This document shows positions 48,701 to 59,652 of a stretch of 64,000 nt of DNA, one piece after another. Each line of letters begins with the position of its first letter. The first letter of the stretch is position 1. A program made the position numbers and the translations under genes. The DNA comes from Trichoplax adhaerens. Lineage: Eukaryota; Animalia; Placozoa. The stretch spans positions 755,872-819,871 of the forward strand of contig NW_002060945.1 of the NCBI RefSeq assembly GCF_000150275.1. Reading direction: 5' to 3'. Under the pieces are notes generated by a model. It was not told the DNA's origin and made no database searches. It saw nothing but the letters and a program-made list of their open reading frames with translations.

Positions 48701-49314
48701 TTTAGTGGCCAACTTTGTGATACAGGCAAGATAGCAGATACATTATTTATTTCAATTCTACATTATGACAACAACTTTTTGAATTTTAATATATTATCAC
48801 CTTCAATGTGTAGTAGGGATCGCTTATGCTTAATAATTAACAGTTTCTCTAGCGTTCCACCCTTAAAAAGCATGTTATTACCATGATAATGATTGCAATC
48901 ATTCTTGCTTACATTTTAGCAATATGGAGCGAATGGGAGGAAACAGCTTGTAGCGTTAGTTGCGGTCCTGGATTCAAAAATAGAACACGATCGAAATGTG
49001 CTTCGCCCAATGTACCGTCCAGTTGTGAATATCAATCTCAAACGTTATCCTGCAATTTAGGCGCTTGTCCAACTACGCTACCACCACCTACAACGGCATT
49101 ACCAACAACTCAAGCCGTAACCCCTACAACAAGCGGTAAGTGAAGTGTTGCCTTTACTCGACCAAATTTTAACCTACATGATAATATCACTTTACCCTTA
49201 ACTTATTTTCTATACTTTGTCTAATCTTTAGGTACAATCTCAATTCATATGTGGTATAGTCAAGGAATGCTCTTGATGTCATTCATACTCATAGCGCTCA
49301 TATTAGCTATCTAA
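30773..49314 (+). CDS. Large secreted, probably GPI-anchored protein (~3300 aa, 21 exons): signal peptide, 2x[IgGFc-binding A, 3 EGF, IgGFc-binding B, 2 EGF], EGF, SRCR, 2 EGF, TSP1, Pro/Thr stalk, hydrophobic C-terminus; FCGBP N-terminal-domain family
   Basis: Signal-peptide exon 30773-30863 [23 protein letters not shown]. Four ~1.9-kb exons (31405-33291, 37999-39891, 41376-43262, 44690-46582) carry IgGFc-binding motifs ([45 protein letters not shown]). Phase-1 EGF exons include 36494-36604 and 37199-37327 ([10 protein letters not shown]). SRCR 47892-48218 (IRLING...WGTVC...VICRQLG...IWLAGLTC); TSP1 48920-49135 (WSEW..CSVSCG.G...RTR); last exon 49232-49314 ...[16 protein letters not shown]-stop. 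Confidence 0.9.
33575..34035. repeat. Degenerate tandem repeat, about 112-129 bp unit, 4 copies, intronic
   Basis: TTAGACRGCATAGRATGGGTCYTCTTCTC.AGTAC.TCTTGGTTGAT recurs at ~33581, 33703, 33832 and 33944. Confidence 0.9.
34074..35347. repeat. Satellite-like tandem array, 131-bp unit plus ~116-bp variants, about 10 copies, intronic
   Basis: Unit CCAATAATAGGAGTCGGATATGACTGTTGATCGCGGACTACC...CCATTCATTCATGATACTCAGTGTCACTCACCGCCCGTCTCACTTGACCACGGCTCCAATGATGCTTCAC starts at 34074, 34205, 34336, 34467, 34598 and 34729; variant copies at ~34854, 34970, 35090 and 35217. Confidence 0.96.
35505..36144. repeat. Near-perfect ~320-bp direct tandem duplication, intronic
   Basis: GACTTGAGTCGTT...GAAGCCAAATGCTAGCAATG...CCCCGGCATAACCGCGATTCCTCTACCA at 35505 and again at 35824. 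Confidence 0.95.
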
Positions 49315-51129
49315 CATTTATACTGCGTAATGAATGTCCGATCTTTAGATAAGATATCTTTAACGTAAATTTAAAAATACTGACGCTTATGTATATCCTA
49401 CGAAGATATACTACGTCATCGTTATCCCTGTAGATTACTAGTTTTATCAAATATAACGTATTCGTTAAGGTTAATTTACTGAGTTGCTGTTTGCTATTTA
49501 GTTTTATTATACAGAACGTAGGTACGTACATACGTACATACTATTTAGGCAATAGCCGCCTATTGATGTTTTACCGAAAAAAATCAATACAATACTATAT
49601 TGCGACACTTTGAAATGGGCAATATTTTTAGATCAATATTTTTGATTTTGTATTGAATTTTGTTAAATAAACGGTTTTAACGATATAGCGATCAAAGTCT
49701 GAGAGTAGTCAATGTGCCGTTATATAGTGTGCCATGTTGTGACCGTATGGACGTAAAATTATCGGGAATAATATAAAATTATGAATTTGGCGTAGTATCT
49801 TTCTTCGCCGAGGGAATATGTGTTCAGTTGCTTGGAGTAACTATTATTGTCAATAATTTGTATTTGCTGCATGGGCTACAGTATTTAGTGAAATATATTC
49901 TTGAATTTATTGCGGTATTAGCATTTGATTTCTACTGGAATTCGCTAAAATCTAAGGGATGAGAATTGTTTTGTATGAAACGTTGAAATAGGTATCCTCT
50001 ATCTGTGGATAAATTCCATTTAATTGTTTAATACCAGTTATGAATAGAGCCAAGCACGCTAATAAAATATAATTATAATCATTGCTAGGCTGATTAGCTT
50101 TGCTAAAGTAAATCGCCCACGTATTACTCCAAACATTTTATACAGTTTAATTAATGCAATTAGAACTCTCGCATAATTCACTTTTGTAACTACTGACGCT
50201 GTTATCTTGTACCGACTAGAAATATTATTTTCCTAACCGAGTCAATAGGAGCGGAATATGCAATGATTTGAGGCACGTAGAATGGTTCACGATCATGCTA
50301 AACATGGTATTACAAGTAATTACACTATAGTTAACGCTCCTTGATTCAGGGATTTATTATTAGGCGCTTATATGATCTTGAAATTGGGAAGCCACGTGTG
50401 TCCGCTTTCAGTTGATTATTACCATCTCTATCACCATGTATATGTATCAATCATTATGCAAGATTGGATAGAAATTGCATCATCAGCTATTGTACAGTAT
50501 TATCGTTGATATACAAACTGCAGTAAAAGTTCGTCCTACTCGCTGGCATGGACCACTAGAAGAATAAATACCTCGTGGTTCAAGTCTCTGACTGAGGACT
50601 TGTTAGCTAATTAAACTGTGTCGCGTATATATACGAATAGAACGAAAGCACAAATTTAAATACGGTACGATAGTCTTTCTAAAATATTAGTGTGCAGCTT
50701 ATTATAATTAAAGGCTATCAGTATCTGAGGTGATTTTTAGTTATTGCATCTAGCTCTGTTGAAGCACGGCATCATGATAATTATCCGTTTTATGGCCTGT
50801 TTATAAGCTACCACTACAGTGCTAATCTATTGGAAGGGCCTGGCCTCAAGTGCTCGTCGGTGGTGCATTCTGTAATCGTGTGTTGCAAGGCTGCAAGCTA
50901 TCCATTAGGTCATCGCATATTGTAGAGTCAAAATTAAGGGAAATTTGCAAGATGTTACCTTCTAAGATTTAAGTAGTACTGGTGCTATAAACATTAAGAT
51001 GAATAATGAAGGTACGATCTTACTCCATTTCCTCTCAAAATCAACTCTTGCAGCGGCGTCAGCAAGCAACAAGAACAGGAGTGATCTGTTCATTGGAGCA
51101 TTTCCAGCATCTTTCTGTCTGTATAGACA

Positions 51130-51260
51130 CATCCTACAGTACATGGTACATTTGTACTGTACAATGTAAGAGCTGCTGCCGCGACCCTAGCTAATGTCCC
51201 TAGTATCAGTATGTACAGTGTACAGTACTAATCGTGGAAGGCGTTTTGTACTGTACGGCA
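51130..51260. promoter_or_regulatory. TACAG/CTGTA motif cluster upstream of DHX36 paralog A
   Basis: TACAGTAC, TGTACTGTAC and TGTACAGTGTACAGT (51212-51226) lie 230-360 nt upstream of the ATG. A regulatory function is inferred. Confidence 0.4.
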
Positions 51261-51492
51261 TGCTAGAAATCCCTGCGTGATTGAGTTCATTCATGTGCAA
51301 GCGGAAACCAATCGAGGGCGCACATGCTTTGAGGCTTTACAAGATGGAGAATATCAGTAATGGACGGTTGAGAAAGCCATTCGCCACGGCTAGTAGCTAA
51401 ATTAAAAACCGTTAGAATCCAGTTGAAGAGATAGAAGCCCTTACAGAGGGTCAATTGAGAATGACAAGTGAAATTGTGCATGTCAAATCATC

Positions 51493-54400
51493 ATGAGTCG
51501 TATTATGTTCATGAGAAGCTTGAGCTGTGCATTGACCAGCAGATCTGCTCTGGCCAGTGGCCATATCTGGCATGATTATTCATTAATAGCGCGTCGATAT
51601 TCCATGCTAATCAAATATCCAGCACATTTACTCTATCCAAGTCTTGTTTCCACCCAATGGGTTGGCTTGAATATGTTGCAAAAGAGAGAAAGAAGTGGAA
51701 AAGGGAAAAATCGTTTCTTGAGAAGATCCGATATGCGTCTGTCAAGAAAAGTAAAGAAAGGAGAAAAAAGGAAAAACCAGGAAAAGGCCAGAAAGCAACT
51801 CGAATTAAAACAGGTAAGATACCAATATGTCCACTAGGTGGTGTGTCAATTTGTAGTTTACTAGCAGCATATATATATATCTTATCCGTTGTCAAGTACA
51901 CTGACTGCCTCATTCTCTGCAATCCATTCTCAAAACATCGACATGCAGATTCATCTGCTTGCTCAAATGAATTCTTTTTGCATTTCGCTCATCTGTAGTG
52001 GATTTTCAGCTTGTTATAATAGATTAACTGTTCCATCAATGATACCTATTAGCTTTTCTTTAAAAGACGTGACCTATCAAGTCATGTGCGTGTGATATTG
52101 TCTACCAAATAAATAATGTACGGCTAATCCATGGCTTGTACTTTTTTACCTTTCGCTACCCTACAGAGACCACTAATTGATCTAGATACGAGAAAACAAG
52201 AAGTTATTGCATCTCTCATTCATCAAGTCAAAACTGAACGCAACAGTAATAGACAACACCTTCATGACAGTGTAGTCAATGATATCCATCAAATTGTAAG
52301 AAATAGTCGATCATTGCAAAAACGTCAGCGTCTGGACGATTTGTATAAAGAGCAGCTAAACGAAACCCGAACTACTCCACATTATCAGCAACTTTTAGTA
52401 AGTATTCCTTACCCTTTAAGACATTATGATGTGCAATATTTACAGCGTATTGTATTGGCTTCTCCTTATTAGTGAAATTGAAGTAATTCATCTGTTCAAT
52501 AGCCTCAATATTTATACAGTGTATACTACGAAGCAGACTACTTATTAATGTAATATATTGACATCATTTTATTCGATAATCCAGTATTAGATTTACATCC
52601 TGTCTAGACCTACCGTATAGATGCCCATGCATAGATACGTCGTTTTTGATATATAAAAGTCATGAATGAATATGATAAATATACTGTACCAGAAAAGTCA
52701 ACGTACAAGCTTGATAAAAGTATAAAATCCAGAATCAGGATAATATACTGTATATGCCACCTGATAAACATATCCTTGGCTCAATATTTTACTGTACTAT
52801 CGATATAACTACGTACTATAGTTTATCTTACTTTAATTTTTGCCACCTTGATAAAGTAGACATAGCAGTGCCTAATGTAATATATGTTCTATGTCTAACT
52901 CTAATTATATATATATAGTTCTGTGCAGTGATAATCTCTTCTTGCCTTCTTAAATTTAATAGCATGCCTGATTGCTACTACACTTATTAATAGACAATCA
53001 CAATGAAAGTAGACATAGTCCCTGAATAATGCAATATGGTATTGTTGTCTATGATTGATATTTTGTTTTATTTAGGATGTTAGAAAGAAACTTCCAATAT
53101 TCAGTATGCAAAATAAAATCCTCAAGTCTATTCGTGATAACCAGGCTATAGTAATAAGTGGCCATACCGGATGTGGTAAAACCACGCAGTTACCACAATT
53201 TATACTTGATGAAGCTATTGATAATAACAATGGGTCGTTGTGTAAAATTTTATGCACACAGCCACGACGAATTAGTGCTATATCTGTAGGTAGCAATAAA
53301 TGATATATTTCATTGATTAATTATAATTCTTATAATACAGTATATTGAGCCCTTAAACTAATTAATATCTGGCTCCGTTAAAGTGACAATTTTGATTCAT
53401 ATAGCCTTTATCAAAAGCAATTAATAATATCATGAAGTTCATTTTAAATTCTTAGGTAGCCGAACGTATTCAAGATGAGCGTGGAGAGAAAAAGCAGCCA
53501 GGTTCTAGTGTTGGCTATCAGATAAGGCTTGAAACTAAACTACCGCGACGTTATGGATCAATAATTCTTTGTACAACTGGCATCTTATTACGTAAATTAC
53601 AAAGTGATCCGCTACTTTCTCAATACAGTCATCTCATTATTGATGAAATTCACGAAAGAGACGCTATGTCGGATTTTCTGCTGATATGTTTACAAGATAT
53701 ATTAGTTAAAAGGCCCGATCTAAAGGTTATCTTGATGAGTGCTACCCTAAATGCTAAAAAATTTTCACAATACTTTAACAATTGTCCTATTATTGAAATT
53801 CCTGGAACTCTCTATCCTGTTAAACACTACTATTTAGAAGACATTATCACTTTCTTGAAGTAAGTGTCAACTTAAACAGCAGAAAAGCGTGATAAGATTA
53901 CAGCTTGAATTATTTATGCTGTGATTATATCTTCAAATATAATGTTAATTTTAAAATCTGTTCATTGCAGTAATAGAAAAAATTATTATCAACCAAAAGT
54001 AAGAAATCCACAAGACAGTGGTGAAGACAAAATGAACAATGAGATCATTTCTTCGGAGACTGATGCATGGTATAAATATTTAGAAACCACCTCGAATAAG
54101 TAAGTGAATGGCAAAATTACGCTCTATTATTATCCTGATAGATCGTTAAGTTTGGATAATGTCTATTAATTAGGTATTCTCCAACAGTGGCCAAATCGAT
54201 AAAGCAAATGGCATTCAAGAAATTAGACTTTACATTAATACAAGATTTATTAATTCACATTAATAGTAATATGGAGGTATAGCATGGCTATATTCTATGT
54301 TCATCTTTTCTTTAAAATATAAGCATTGAATACGTAAATACGGTATTTCTGCATGTTCTGTTGTACAATTTCGATCGAGTTAGCTAACTATCCAATTTTA

Positions 54401-57400
54401 TAGGAAGGTGCAATTTTATGTTTTGTTCCTGGATGGGATGATATTCGTAAGTTGTATGAGACATTGATAGGAAATCCACGTTTTTCATCAGGTTTGTAAT
54501 ATCAGAGTAGAAGGTAGTTAGTTACTTTCGGCTATATTGACAAAGAACATAATGAAAAGATCATAACACAGAAAATATCGATAATATTATGTACGAGTAT
54601 TGATGTATTCGCGCTTTGAATCTTAGAATAAACATGACTTACAGTTAATTCTGTTCTGGCTGTGCTTAAAGTAGTAAATCGTCCAATAGGATCTGTGCAT
54701 TCTCCTTTCATTACGGGATATGAAGCTAAATTTTACTAGTTTATTGGAGAATATGAAATCCTGTATTTCGCAAACGCCGCTTCGATAGTTTACTTCTATT
54801 TTATACGCTTCTGCGGATATAATTCTTATAATGTATCGGCACATCCAAGTTTACAGTATTGTAATTATCTCTCTTAACATAATATAAAAGTTTTGTTATT
54901 GCATTCTTTTAATAGATCAATATGTAATTCTTCCATTGCATTCGCAATTATCGACTGCAAATCAGCGTAAAGTAAGTTCTATCATGCATACACCAAAGAA
55001 AGTGATAGTGTTGACTCGCTTTATAGGTAACCGAAGATATTTTAATCCGACTTATATTTTTAATAAGATTTTCGATAAGCCGCAACAATCAGTTCGAAAA
55101 ATTATTATTGCTACCGATATCGCCGAAACAAGGTTTATATCGTAATCGTTTAATGATGTTAGCACTAATCACAGAAACTTTTCGGTTAGAGTTCTAATCG
55201 ATTGAATTGACGCGTATGTAATGCGACGGCATTTTTTAAATTTTAGTATTACTGTTAATGACGTATGCTTTGTGATAGACTGTGGAAAAGTAAAAGAGAA
55301 AGTAAGTGATAGTAACTTTGTTGTAAACTTGAACGTATTTCATATTGATCATTATGTCAAAGGAATTAATGTTAAAAATGTCATTGACTTAATCATGCTA
55401 CGTGCATACGATTAATAGCTCTATGATGCGGTCGGCGGCTTTGAAACTCTGGCTCCGGTTTGGACTAGTAAATCATCGGCACGTCAACGGGCCGGTCGGG
55501 CTGGAAGGTGCAATAGTATTCCCAACTAGTATCGTGCCGTTAATAATTAAATATGAATTTGATAGCTGTCACGCTTACTCATAGATGTTACATTATTACC
55601 GTTACTAACTTCTTATCATACATTATTATGCTGTAGAAAATTGACAGTAGTCTACTAATAAGTTCATTAACAAAAAATAGGTTTACTAACAAAATTTGTA
55701 TCATTTCTAACAGTAATATTTATAGATTTGTATGTCTTAATTCTAGTTTTAATACATTCGATTTTGCTTTGTTCTTACAGAGTCCAACCAGGCCATTGCT
55801 TTTACCTTTATCCGAAATTCATAGCACAGCATATGCAAGAGTACAACTTACCCGAAATACTAAGGACTCCTTTGGATGAACTGTGTCTACAAATAAAAGT
55901 TAGTCTATACACGATGAACATATCATTGGTATCTATATCATTGTATGCTGAATAATAACACGAGGTATATTTTTACGAAGAAACTTAACCTAGGCATGAT
56001 ATCACCTTTCCTATCAAAAGCGTTGGATCCTCCTGATGATGGAGCCGTTGCAAGAGCGATACATCTATTAAAAGATTTGGTACTACAACTATTAGTTTAG
56101 CTATTAGTACTATCAAATACACAGAAATAAAATAGTAATTGTTATAAGAATGGAACCTTGTATAACATTTGCGTACTAAATTATCTATCTTTACGAATGA
56201 CAGAACGCTATGAATAGTGATGAATCATTAACACCTCTTGGCTATTATCTTGCTACATTGCCTGTTGATCCCCGAATTGGAAAGATTATTTTATTTGGTG
56301 CTATGTTCTCATGTTTATATCCTGCGGTTGTCATTTCGGCATTCTTAGCTACCAAAGATCCATTTATCTTTCCCATGGTATGAGTTTGTTATAGCTATTA
56401 TTAGTCTGATAGGCAAATTATGATTTGATTTTAAGATAAAAGTAACGCACTATTAATTATAAAATTATAATTTCAAGGATCGTAAAGCTGAAGTGTACAA
56501 AATTCGCAAAAAATTTTCTGGCAATTCATTTAGTGATCACTTGACATCAGTTGTTGCATTTTACGTATGTGACAAATTGTGATATAAATTGTGATTCTCA
56601 AGATAGTTTATTCAACTACTCTTTCTTATTGATTCAAATTTATACTATCCTCTTAGACATGGGAAAAGGCTATGCAAAGGAAAACTGCAGCTGAATTCTG
56701 CCGGGACAATTACTTATCTCAAAGCGGCCTTCGAGTAATGTTAAAAGCGATTAGATATTAAAAAATATTCTTAGTTAATGTATCAATGACTTCTTGCATT
56801 TCCTAGAACTACTCTTAATCACTTTGGATATCGCACTGAACTAATATTTGATTACTTGTATGTGCACTTTTAAAATATAGACTATTCTTGGATTAGCTCA
56901 ACAATTTTGTAATCTCCTGTATGAAATTGGTTTTGTTGACACGAAAAACATTAGATCGCAAAATTATAATTATAACTCAAGTATGGGCAGCGTTTTAATT
57001 TTAGAGTTATTAAAATAACTACAATAGGCTTTAAGTATGACATATACTTTAAGAATTATCTTTCAAGTATTTATTTATCCTTCTGGGACATTTTAAATTA
57101 TTATTAAATCTATTTCTGCTAGATCACAGTAGTTAATAAACTGATTGACTGATACTGTAATCTATGCTAGGCAATGAGAAACTTCTCAAAGCAATAATAT
57201 GTGCTGGTCTATATCCTAGTGTTCTCCAGATAAAGTATAGAAATAATAAGAGAAGGTAAATTTTATGTAAAATTTTATTTACTAACATCTTAGTTTCAAA
57301 TTTTGCGTCAGCTATAATAAGATTGAACGATCGCCGTATTGTCGTAGGTCGCCTAGATTTTATACTCGTTCCGGTGAGCAAGTTAATTTGCATCAAAGTT

Positions 57401-58090
57401 CTGTTCTCAGTAATTATAGACGGTTTGATAGCGATTGGTTAGTCTATCATAAGAAAATGAAATTAGGCGAACAGGTAAGGATACCATTGCTTGCGTGACT
57501 TAAGACCGCATTGTATTTAAGGACATGACTTTTGGATTAAAGGTTCATGTATTTGACACGACGATGGTTTCTCCTTTATCATTACTCTTTTTTGGAGGTG
57601 ATATTGATGTAAAGCAGGTAATCAGTTAAATCTATTATGTTTTATAGTACTGACAAATGAACTGCATGAAAGAAAATAATTTGATCTCTTCTATTTAAAA
57701 TTTTACATTATTGGACTACATATGGCAACTCATCAAGGTTCATGTTATTTTTATCATTTTAGTCAGAAAGTAATATTTCTATTGACTCTTGGATCAATTT
57801 CGAAGCTAATCCGAGCCTAGCAAGAATTATTATGGTAGCACTAAATATGATACTAGATTGATTAATACTGAAGCCGAAAGTTAATTATTTCAATAATGTT
57901 TTATGTACATTTGTCTCGGTAGCAATTAAGACGTCAATTGGATAATTACTTGGAACAGAAAATTAATCAACCGTCATTAAAACTAACAGCATCAGAAGAC
58001 TCTTCTGATCTTAAAGGGAGATTATTACATGAAATCATTTCCCTCATAACTGAAGAAAATGTATCTGAGCAGGTTAACTTTCACGATTAA
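51493..58090 (+). CDS. DHX36-like: DHX36-family DEAH/RHA helicase, paralog A (no RGG or DSM; basic presequence-like N-terminus)
   Basis: Exon 1 is 51493-51813. Motifs: [100 protein letters not shown]. Last exon [14 protein letters not shown]...NFHD with TAA at 58088-58090. The exons checked splice in frame. Confidence 0.92.
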
Positions 58091-59451
58091 GTATATATTT
58101 AACATTCGCATTTATTATTATATCTTTATATTAAAAGTTCTCACTTTACTACATAGTTCAATGGTAACCCTATAACTTGTAATATAAATTTTATCTTATT
58201 AATTTAGATTAAAAGAAGGAAAATTTATGAGCCAAACTGAAATCATCAATATTAAAGTTGATGTTAAAACTATAATTCCATATGTTATTATCTTTACAAT
58301 AAGGCTATTAATTCTATTAAATTAAAGAACAAATTTCACGCTTTACTGATCGCTACTACTGAATATTTATGCTATACTATACAGTATAATATCGAATTAT
58401 TAGTATAAATCATTAAAGAGGAAGACAGTGTTACTAACGTAGCAAAAGATTTTTATATATCAATGCTTGATCTAGTCTAGAAATCTGCTTTATTCGTATT
58501 TGTTATTGTTTATAAAGTTTCTCCTTGTAAATCATATCCGAATTGCGAATATTTTACGATCTCTCGGAAGTATTTTATTACTCAAAACTGAATGCAATAC
58601 TTCTTGTAAGAATGCAATCGTTCAATGATCGATTAGCTTTTTTTCTGACTGCTATATTTGAATGTACCGTGCAATAATATTGATGAATTATCTCTATGTT
58701 GTTCAGTCATATGCTAATAGCTGGTACATACATAGATTTAGCAATTTTTTTTGGTAGTACAATATTTTACTTTTATACTTGTACTTATCGTATCAAAGTC
58801 GATAATTTACCGAACTGCTAAAGTAATATTACATTAAGATTGCATAAGTCATTTTCGGCATACTGCACGGATTAAACCCTTGCTACAGCTTGTAATAAAT
58901 ACTAAGTCTATATCTGGTAAGAATGCTCATGATGCGGAACTAGTTATTACTTATTCAGTTGAATTAACTAATGATTAGTTAGCTAATCTAACAACTTAGC
59001 ATACGGGATGTGATTAAGGCACAGCAGTACAGTATACTGCACCCTGTAGAACACTTTTTTTTTTATCTATAACCACTGCTGCATACAGCAATTCGGTAAT
59101 TATAAAAGTATGAATGCAAATGCATCCAAGGTAAAGCTTGCTGATGCTCAGACAATTTTAAATATGACTATGCAGATAAAATCTGTATCGACTGCTGCAG
59201 TGATCCACTTGCTTATCACAGATACAGCGAATGCTTACTGTAAAAACTTGTATTATTATTAATAGCCCCTACAGGAGCCTTTGTTGCTCTATCATTCCAC
59301 TGGAAAGCAGAAATTATTGTATATTACTGGGATAATCTTTGCCCATTTTACTGCGATCCAAATGCAGTCGATCACGGGCAACTTTCCTGAATCCTGCCTG
59401 ACATCAGGTTTGCCGGATCAGTCTTAAAGCGACCGCACCCAGCTTTCCAAT

Positions 59452-59475
59452 CTGTACTGTACAGTGTACAGTGCT
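59452..59475. promoter_or_regulatory. TACAG/CTGTA motif cluster upstream of DHX36 paralog B
   Basis: CTGTACTGTACAGTGTACAGTG; shares the exact 15-mer TGTACAGTGTACAGT with the paralog A upstream region. Confidence 0.4.
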
Positions 59476-59652
59476 GAAGAGAGACTAGCATCCGTCTGTC
59501 TAGAGGTCTTGGAACTATAAGGCTTAGTATGAGACCCTTTCGTATCCGGGAGTGATTATTGTAAGCTGTATAATCAATCCATCCTACAGTGATTAAGCTA
59601 TTAACTTCCGCCAGGATCCATTCAACACAGACAAAAAGTCAAGCTCAATTTC

